Positions 57,168 to 64,000 of a stretch of 64,000 nucleotides of DNA are shown piece by piece. The notes beneath the pieces were generated by a model. It was not told the DNA's origin. It ran no database searches and saw nothing but the letters and a program-made list of their open reading frames with translations. A program made the position numbers and the translations under genes. The stretch lies in the NCBI RefSeq assembly GCF_017403985.1, contig NZ_JAFRDE010000019.1; one strand, written 5' to 3'. The stretch's first letter is position 1; the number at the start of each line of letters is the position of its first letter. The stretch is from Ruminococcus sp. (GTDB lineage Bacteria; Bacillota; Clostridia; Oscillospirales; Acutalibacteraceae).

Positions 57168-57859
57168 TGAGTCTTTTCGCGATCGCCGACCTGCATCTTT
57201 CCCTCGGCACGGATAAGCCGATGGACGTGTTCCACGGCTGGTCTGATTACGTCGACAGGCTGAAAGCCAACTGGGAACGCCTCGTGACGGACGGCGATAC
57301 CGTGATGATCGCCGGCGATATCTCGTGGGCGATGAAGTTAGAAGAGTGCGATGCGGATTTTTCGTTCATCCATTCGCTCCCCGGTAAGAAGCTGCTCTTG
57401 AAGGGCAACCACGATTACTGGTGGACGACGAAGAAAAAGATGGACGATTATCTGGCGCTCAAAGGCTTCGATACGATCAGGATCCTGTTCAACAACGCGT
57501 TCGAGGTCGACGGCAAAACCGTCTGCGGCACCCGCGGCTGGTACTACGACAAAGAGGGCGAGCACGATATCAAGGTGATCAACCGCGAGATCGGGCGCCT
57601 GAAAATGTCGTACAACGAGGCGAAAAAGCTCAGTGACAGCGAGCCGATCGTTTTCCTGCACTATCCGCCCGTATACGGCGACATCGAGTGCGAGGAGATC
57701 ATGTCGGCGCTGCTGGAGCTCGGCGTGAAGGAGTGTTACTACGGCCATCTGCACGGCGAGCGTACACACAAAAACGCCGTGACGGGGATGTATAAGGGGA
57801 TCGATTTCCACCTGATCTCCTGCGATTATATGCGCTTTGTGCCCGTATTAGTGAGATAG
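57167..57859 (+). CDS. Calcineurin-like metallophosphoesterase
   Basis: ADLHLS, AGDISW, GNHD, HYPP, YGHLH. Confidence 0.9.
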   Translation: MSLFAIADLHLSLGTDKPMDVFHGWSDYVDRLKANWERLVTDGDTVMIAGDISWAMKLEECDADFSFIHSLPGKKLLLKGNHDYWWTTKKKMDDYLALKGFDTIRILFNNAFEVDGKTVCGTRGWYYDKEGEHDIKVINREIGRLKMSYNEAKKLSDSEPIVFLHYPPVYGDIECEEIMSALLELGVKECYYGHLHGERTHKNAVTGMYKGIDFHLISCDYMRFVPVLVR

Positions 57860-57875
57860 GCAGCTACTATTTTCG

Positions 57876-58026
57876 CTGTCATTGCGAAGCCCGAAGCCTC
57901 TCGATAAGAGAGGTGCCGCGACGCGGCAGGCTGTGGCAATCCCACAAACAGGGACTGGACATTTTTCCCACATCAAACTGTATTAACGACAGGGGGATTG
58001 CCACGGGATGAATCCCTCGCAATGAC
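57876..58026 (+). repeat. Family B element (long left arm)
   Basis: CTGTCATTGCGAAGCCCGAAGCCTCTC..GGCAATCCCACAAACAGGGACTGGAC..AAACTGTATTAACGACAGGGGGATTGCC..CTCGCAATGAC. Confidence 0.9.
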
Positions 58027-58203
58027 TCGGATACAGTGACGCGCTTCACTTGAAGATTTTCAACGGAAGGATTATCCGCAGGAAAGGGACTCTCCCGCAA
58101 ACGATAATTAACAAATTATACATAGGTTTATCGACCGTGTGTGATATATTATTAAAGTTCAAACAAAGTTCAAAATGAAAGGTTAAAATAGGAGGAACAG
58201 AAA

Positions 58204-59481
58204 ATGGCTTTAAAATCATCTAATCTGACTGCAACAAATACTTACGAACTGGAAGTTGAGGTAGACGGCAAGATCTTTATGGACGCCGTCTCCAGAGTAT
58301 TCAAAAAACAGGCGAAGAAGATCGCCGTTCCCGGTTTCCGCAAGGGCAAGGCGCCCCGCGCAATCATCGAGAGGATCTACGGCGAAGACGTATTCTATGA
58401 CGACGCGATGCAGGATTGCTATCCCGACGCGCTGGACGAGGCGTGCCAGGCAGCCGGTCTGAAGGTCGTCGCCGTAACAGGTCTCGAGGCGACCCTCGTG
58501 TCCAAGGAAGGCTTCACCTTCAAGGCTACCGTCGTGGTAGAGCCCGAGATCGAGATCAAGGATTATGACGGTATCGAGGTCGAGAAGCTCTCTACCGAGG
58601 TCACCGAGGAAATGATCGACGAAGAGATCGACCGCGTACGCGAGCGCAACAGCCGCATGGTCACCGTCGAGGACAGAGCCGCCGAGAACGGCGACACTGT
58701 CGTCATCGACTTTGAGGGCTTTGTTGACGGCGAGGCTTTTGAAGGCGGCAAGGCTGAGGAATACAACCTCGAGCTGGGCTCCGGCAACTTCATCCCCGGC
58801 TTTGAGGAGCAGCTCGTCGGTCACAACACCGGCGACGAGTTCACCATCGACGTGAAGTTCCCCGAGGAGTATCAGGCGGAGAACCTCAAGGGCAAGGACG
58901 CGCAGTTCAAGATCAAGCTCCACGAGATCAAGAAGAAGGAGCTGCCCGAGGTCGACGACGACTTCGTCAAGGACGTCTCCGAAAAGGACACCGTAGCGGA
59001 GTACCGCGACGAGCTGAAAGAGCAGATCCAGAAGCGTCTTGACGGCGAGTCTGAGCGCGATCTGGACGACAAGCTGACCAACGCGATCATCGAAAAGGTC
59101 GAGGGTGAGATCCCCGTGCAGATGATCGAGAACGAAGCGAAGAACATGGTGCGCGAGATGGATATGCGTCTGCGTCAGCAGGGCATGGACTTCAACACCT
59201 ATATGAAGTACACCGGCATGGACGCGAGCGCCGTTCTCGAGATGAACAAGCCGGAGGCGGAGCGCAGGATCAAGATGCGCTTAGCGCTCGAGAAGATCGC
59301 CGAGCTCGAAAAGATCGAGCCCACCGACGAAGAGGTCGAGGAAGAGTACGCGAAGATGGCTGAGATCTACAAGATGGACGTCGATAAGGTCAAGGAGATC
59401 ATCCCCGAAGAGAGCCTCAAGGAAGACCTCCGCGTACAGCTCGCGATGAAGCACATCAAGGATAACGCGGTTATTAAATAA
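58204..59481 (+). CDS. tig: Trigger factor
   Basis: VPGFRKGKAP, FKBP domain DFEGFVDGEAFEGG..FIPGFEEQL. Confidence 0.96.
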   Translation: MALKSSNLTATNTYELEVEVDGKIFMDAVSRVFKKQAKKIAVPGFRKGKAPRAIIERIYGEDVFYDDAMQDCYPDALDEACQAAGLKVVAVTGLEATLVSKEGFTFKATVVVEPEIEIKDYDGIEVEKLSTEVTEEMIDEEIDRVRERNSRMVTVEDRAAENGDTVVIDFEGFVDGEAFEGGKAEEYNLELGSGNFIPGFEEQLVGHNTGDEFTIDVKFPEEYQAENLKGKDAQFKIKLHEIKKKELPEVDDDFVKDVSEKDTVAEYRDELKEQIQKRLDGESERDLDDKLTNAIIEKVEGEIPVQMIENEAKNMVREMDMRLRQQGMDFNTYMKYTGMDASAVLEMNKPEAERRIKMRLALEKIAELEKIEPTDEEVEEEYAKMAEIYKMDVDKVKEIIPEESLKEDLRVQLAMKHIKDNAVIK

Positions 59482-59535
59482 GGTGAATGGTGAATGGTGA
59501 ACGGTGAATGGTTTCGGGCGGGACACCCGCACCCG
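59481..59535. repeat. (GGTGAAT)n tract plus family D hairpin
   Basis: Nearly identical to 21432-21486. Confidence 0.8.
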
Positions 59536-59631
59536 ATTTGTAGTTTGATTATCACCGACGCCGATTTACGAATAAAACGATTGATCCGATTAATACTATA
59601 TTACTGCATTATTGCGAAAGGATGATACACT

Positions 59632-60213
59632 ATGGCATTAGTACCTTATGTTGTGGAACAGACCAACCGCGGCGAGCGTTCCTATGACATTTTCTCCCGT
59701 CTGTTGAACGACAGGATCATCATGCTGAATGAGGAAGTCAACTCCGCTACCGCCAGCCTGGTAGTCGCTCAGCTGCTTTACCTTGAGGGACAGGATCCTA
59801 ACAAGGACATCTCCCTTTACATCAATTCCCCCGGCGGTTCTGTGACCGACGGTATGGCGATCTATGATACCATGCAGTACATCAAGTGCGACGTTTCCAC
59901 CATCTGCATGGGCATGGCTGCCTCTATGGGCGCGTTCCTGCTCGCTGCAGGCACGAAGGGCAAGCGTTACGCGCTGCCCAACGCCGATATCATGATCCAC
60001 CAGCCCTCCGGCGGCGCTCAGGGTCAGGCGACTGATATCGAGATCCACACCAAGCACATCCTGCACACCAAGCAGAAGCTCAACGAGATCCTCGCAAAGA
60101 ACACCGGTCAGCCTCTCGACGTCATCAAGCAGGATACCGAGCGCGACAACTTCATGACCGCTCAGCAGGCGCTGGAATACGGCCTGATCGATAAGGTGAT
60201 CGAGCATAGATAA
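59632..60213 (+). CDS. clpP: ATP-dependent Clp protease proteolytic subunit
   Basis: [29 protein letters not shown]. Confidence 0.97.
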   Translation: MALVPYVVEQTNRGERSYDIFSRLLNDRIIMLNEEVNSATASLVVAQLLYLEGQDPNKDISLYINSPGGSVTDGMAIYDTMQYIKCDVSTICMGMAASMGAFLLAAGTKGKRYALPNADIMIHQPSGGAQGQATDIEIHTKHILHTKQKLNEILAKNTGQPLDVIKQDTERDNFMTAQQALEYGLIDKVIEHR

Positions 60214-60244
60214 TGATTAACGATCATCGGTCAGTGATTATCCT

Positions 60245-60269
60245 GTAGGGGAGGGGCTTGCTCCTCCCG
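60245..60269 (+). repeat. GTAG single REP
   Basis: GTAGGGGAGGGGCTTGCTCCTCCCG, identical to 48643; GCAG-tagged variant at 61682. Confidence 0.8.
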
Positions 60270-60377
60270 GGCAGGACGTCTGAAGATTGCGAACGTCGGT
60301 CGAGGAGATCGATTGCAGTCGTCATGACCGATAATCAGTAAAGCAGGGGAATCGATTTCCCCGATTAGGAGTTTAGT

Positions 60378-61673
60378 ATGGCAGGAAAAAGAAACGACGA
60401 CAACATCTACTGCTCTTTCTGCGGAAAGCCGCAGGAGATGGTCGGACGTCTGATCGCCGGCAACGGCGTATATATCTGTGACGCGTGTATCGACTTGTGC
60501 ATGTCGATCTTAGAGGACGGCGAGCCCGAGCCCGCGAAAAAGGGAAAGGAGCTCACCGCCGTCAAAGGCAATCTGCTGAAGCCGACCGAGATCAAAGAGA
60601 TCCTCGACGAATACGTCATCGGTCAGGAAACGGCGAAAAAGACGCTGTCCGTCGCGGTGTACAACCACTATAAGCGCGTGTTCAACCGTGACGATAACGT
60701 AGAATTCTCCAAGTCCAACGTCCTGATGCTGGGTCCCACCGGCGTGGGCAAAACGCTGTTGGCACAGACGCTCGCCAAGGCGCTGGATGTACCCTTCGCC
60801 ATCGCCGACGCGACCACGCTCACCGAGGCGGGCTATGTCGGCGAGGATGTTGAAAACATCCTTTTGAAGCTGATCCAGGCGGCGGATTACGATATCGAAA
60901 AGGCGGAACGCGGCATCATCTATATCGACGAGATCGATAAGATCGCCCGCAAGTCCGAGAACCCCTCCATCACCCGCGATGTCAGCGGCGAGGGCGTTCA
61001 GCAGGCGCTTTTGAAGATCGTAGAGGGCACCGTAGCCAACGTGCCTCCGCAGGGCGGCAGAAAGCACCCGCAGCAGGAGTTTTTGCAGATTGATACCAAG
61101 AACATCCTCTTCATCTGCGCCGGCGCGTTCGACGGTCTGGATAAGGTTGTCAAAAAGCGCATGGGCTCCTCCGTGCTCGGCTTTGAGGCGGACGTCTTTG
61201 ATACCAACGCGGCGCTCGAGAACGAGTGGATGAAGCATGTGACGGGTCACGACCTGATCAAGTTCGGCATCATTCCCGAGCTTATCGGACGCTTGCCGGT
61301 TATCGCGGCGCTGTCGGATCTCTCCGAGGACGATATGGTGCGCGTGCTGACCGAGCCGAAGAACTCCATCATCGCCCAGTATAAATATCTCTTCAAGCTC
61401 GATAACGTTGAGCTGCTGTTTGAGAAAGAGGCGCTCTATGCCATCGCAAAAAAGGCGAAGGAACAGAACACCGGCGCGCGCGGACTGCGCGGCATCATCG
61501 AGGGTTTGTTGATGGATCTGATGTTTGAGACGCCATCGGATACGACCATCGAGCGGATCATCATCACCCGTGAGGTCGTCGAGGACGGCGCCGAGCCGAA
61601 GATCATCCGCAACGATTCCGCTTTCCCGCTCAAGCATGAGTTTGACAGCGAGGAAACCGATACCGCGTCTTGA
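60378..61673 (+). CDS. clpX: ATP-dependent Clp protease ATP-binding subunit
   Basis: CSFCGK..CDAC zinc domain, [23 protein letters not shown]. Confidence 0.97.
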   Translation: MAGKRNDDNIYCSFCGKPQEMVGRLIAGNGVYICDACIDLCMSILEDGEPEPAKKGKELTAVKGNLLKPTEIKEILDEYVIGQETAKKTLSVAVYNHYKRVFNRDDNVEFSKSNVLMLGPTGVGKTLLAQTLAKALDVPFAIADATTLTEAGYVGEDVENILLKLIQAADYDIEKAERGIIYIDEIDKIARKSENPSITRDVSGEGVQQALLKIVEGTVANVPPQGGRKHPQQEFLQIDTKNILFICAGAFDGLDKVVKKRMGSSVLGFEADVFDTNAALENEWMKHVTGHDLIKFGIIPELIGRLPVIAALSDLSEDDMVRVLTEPKNSIIAQYKYLFKLDNVELLFEKEALYAIAKKAKEQNTGARGLRGIIEGLLMDLMFETPSDTTIERIIITREVVEDGAEPKIIRNDSAFPLKHEFDSEETDTAS

Positions 61674-61828
61674 TTTCAATTGCAGGGGAGGGGCTTGCTC
61701 TTCCCGCGATAGGATGCTTTCTTTCGCGAAGAAAAGCTCATCAACCGAATAATATTGCAAGGCTGTATGTTTCCCATGCAGCCTTATGCTGATTATGATA
61801 CAAAACAAATTAATTCCTAAGGAGAATT

Positions 61829-64000
61829 ATGAAAGATTTTACAAATAGATTGAATCTTCCGGTCCTGCCGCTGCGGGGCGTCGTGATGTTCCCCAAAATG
61901 ATGCTGAACTTCGACGTCAACCGCATGCGTTCCAAAAGAGCCGTCGACATGGCGGTAGAGGGCGATCAGCTGATCTTTCTGACCGCCCAGATGGACGCCG
62001 GCGTGAACGAGCCGGAGGTCGAAGATATATACAAGGTCGGCGTGGTATGCCGCGTCAAACAGGTCGTCAAAGAAGACCGCAAGTCGACCCGCGTGGTCGT
62101 GGAAGGCTTGTGGCGCGGCGCGATCGTTGAAAGCATGCCGAATGACAGCTGCCTGTTTGCGGCGGTAGAGCCCTACGGTGATACGAAAGTCAAGGCGCTC
62201 ACCACCCGCGATATCGCCTTGATGCGTTCCCTGAAAGCGACCTTCGAGCGATATATGGAGCTCACCCCGAAGCTGCCCACCGATATCCTGTTTCGCATCG
62301 GCACAGCTTCCGATCCCGGCGAGCTGGCGGATTATGTCGCGTCCAACGTGATGCTGGATACAGAGATCAAGCAGATCATCTTAGAGACCGTCAACATCTC
62401 CGACCGCCTCGAGGTGCTGATCGACGCGATGCAGAACGAGATCTTCATCATGAGCGTCGAGCAGGATATCATGGATAAGGCGAAGGAGCGCATCGACCAG
62501 AGCCAGCGCGATTACTACCTGCGAGAGCAGATGAACGTGATCCGCGACGAGCTGGGGGAGAACGGCGACTTCAACGATATCGACGAGCTCAGAAAAAAGA
62601 TCACCGATATGAAGCTGCCCGAAGAGGTGGAAAAAGCGCTGATGAAGGAATGTTCCCGACTCGAGCGCCTGCCTGTCGGCACCAACGAAAGCAGCGTCAT
62701 CGAAACCTACATAGATACGGTATTAGAGCTGCCGTGGAACACCGTGACCGAGGAAAAGATCGATCTCGATGCGGTGCGCGAACAGCTCGACCGCGACCAC
62801 TACGGTCTGGATAAGGTCAAAAAGCGCGTCCTCGAACAGCTTGCCGTGCGCAAGCTCAGCGACAAGGCGAAGGGGCAGATCATCTGCCTCGTCGGACCTC
62901 CCGGCGTGGGCAAGACCTCGATCGCCATGTCCATCGGCGACGCCATCGGCAGAAAGAGCGGACGCGTCGCCTTAGGCGGCGTGCGAGATGAAGCGGAGAT
63001 CCGCGGTCATAGGCGCACCTATATCGCGTCCATGCCCGGACGCATCATCAACGCGGTCAGAAAGTGCGGTACCCGCAACCCGCTGTTGATCCTCGACGAG
63101 GTGGATAAGCTCAGCTCCGACTACAAGGGCGACCCGTCCTCCGCGCTGCTCGAGGTGCTCGACAGCGAGCAGAATTACGCCTTTGTCGATCACTATATCG
63201 ACCTGCCGTTCGACCTGTCCGACGTGATGTTCATCACCACCGCCAACGACGCCGACGCGATCCCCGCGCCTCTGCGCGACCGTATGGACGTGATCGAACT
63301 GCCGTCGTATACGCGCGTGGAAAAGTTCAATATTGCGAAGAAGCATTTGCTGCCCAAGCAGATGGACCTGTGCGGTATACGCCGCAAGAATTTCCGCATC
63401 ACCGACAAGGCGATCTACGCGGTGATCGACTACTATACCCGCGAGGCGGGCGTGCGTAATCTCGAGCGCGAGCTGACCGCGATCCTGCGTAAGGCGGCGG
63501 TCGCGATCCTGTCCGATCCCGATACCGTCGTGCGCGTCAGCGACAAGAACCTCGAAGCCTTCCTCGGCGTGAAGAAATATCTCGACGACGTATCCGCGAA
63601 GAAGGACGAGGTCGGCTTGGTGAACGGTCTCGCGTGGACGACCGTCGGCGGCACGCTGCTGCCGCTTGAGTGCGTCGTGATGCCCGGATCCGGAAAGATC
63701 GAGCTGACAGGCTCTCTCGGCGACGTAATGCAGGAGAGCGCCAAGGCGGCGATCACCGCGATCCGTATCCGCTGTGACAAATACCACATCGATCCCGATT
63801 TCTATAAGAATTACGATATCCACATCCATGCGCTCGAGGGCGCGATCCCGAAGGACGGACCCTCCGCGGGCGTGACGATGGCGACCGCTCTCTATTCCTC
63901 GCTGACCGGTCTGCCGGTGCGCGCCGACGTCGCGATGACCGGCGAGATCAGCATTTCCGGCAAGGTCCTGCCGATCGGCGGCTTGAAGGAAAAGAGCATG
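61829..64000 (+). CDS. lon: Lon protease (3'-truncated by window edge; absent from the ORF track)
   Basis: Hand translation from ATG 61829: PVLPLRG, GPPGVGKTS, GHRRTYI, PKDGPSAG, PIGGLKEK; frame consistent to window end. Confidence 0.95.
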   Translation, partial: MKDFTNRLNLPVLPLRGVVMFPKMMLNFDVNRMRSKRAVDMAVEGDQLIFLTAQMDAGVNEPEVEDIYKVGVVCRVKQVVKEDRKSTRVVVEGLWRGAIVESMPNDSCLFAAVEPYGDTKVKALTTRDIALMRSLKATFERYMELTPKLPTDILFRIGTASDPGELADYVASNVMLDTEIKQIILETVNISDRLEVLIDAMQNEIFIMSVEQDIMDKAKERIDQSQRDYYLREQMNVIRDELGENGDFNDIDELRKKITDMKLPEEVEKALMKECSRLERLPVGTNESSVIETYIDTVLELPWNTVTEEKIDLDAVREQLDRDHYGLDKVKKRVLEQLAVRKLSDKAKGQIICLVGPPGVGKTSIAMSIGDAIGRKSGRVALGGVRDEAEIRGHRRTYIASMPGRIINAVRKCGTRNPLLILDEVDKLSSDYKGDPSSALLEVLDSEQNYAFVDHYIDLPFDLSDVMFITTANDADAIPAPLRDRMDVIELPSYTRVEKFNIAKKHLLPKQMDLCGIRRKNFRITDKAIYAVIDYYTREAGVRNLERELTAILRKAAVAILSDPDTVVRVSDKNLEAFLGVKKYLDDVSAKKDEVGLVNGLAWTTVGGTLLPLECVVMPGSGKIELTGSLGDVMQESAKAAITAIRIRCDKYHIDPDFYKNYDIHIHALEGAIPKDGPSAGVTMATALYSSLTGLPVRADVAMTGEISISGKVLPIGGLKEKSM

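Noticed and set aside
25618-63829. Long antisense ORFs over leuS, miaB, mutS, thrC, clpX, lon, topA and others
   Set aside because: Shadow ORFs expected from GC-rich codon bias opposite well-supported genes; no recognisable motifs
1-64000. tRNA, rRNA, tmRNA, SRP or common metabolite riboswitches (SAM, TPP, FMN, lysine, cobalamin)
   Set aside because: No matching signatures seen by eye in any intergenic region; tRNAscan-SE and Infernal were not run

Overview
Core chromosome segment of a GC-rich, probably spore-forming Clostridia bacterium. An Oscillospirales/Ruminococcus-like identity is inferred from gene order only. About 60 housekeeping genes lie almost all on the + strand: murD, infC-rpmI-rplT, dprA-topA-trmFO, plsX-rnc-smc-ftsY, yhbY-nadD-yqeK-rsfS-leuS, rpsU, efp, miaB-mutS-mutL-miaA, yggS-sepF-ylmH-divIVA-ileS-lspA-rluA, rplS-lepB-ylqF-rnhB-yraN, thrC, and tig-clpP-clpX-lon (truncated). 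I found no rRNA, tRNA, CRISPR-Cas, transposase, integrase or intact prophage. The unusual content is intergenic. (1) There is a dense modular set of palindromic repeats: at least four families with conserved asymmetric interiors, plus heptamer tracts. (2) Two phage-replication-origin-like modules are stacked after rplT without their gene, and a separate truncated DUF6291-like initiator minigene has its own operator-like palindrome. (3) A perfect 130-bp tandem duplication of a rod-folding unit lies in the thrC leader. (4) A RelB/ParE-type toxin-antitoxin pair is inserted near the start. All family assignments come from motif recognition by eye; no database search was run.
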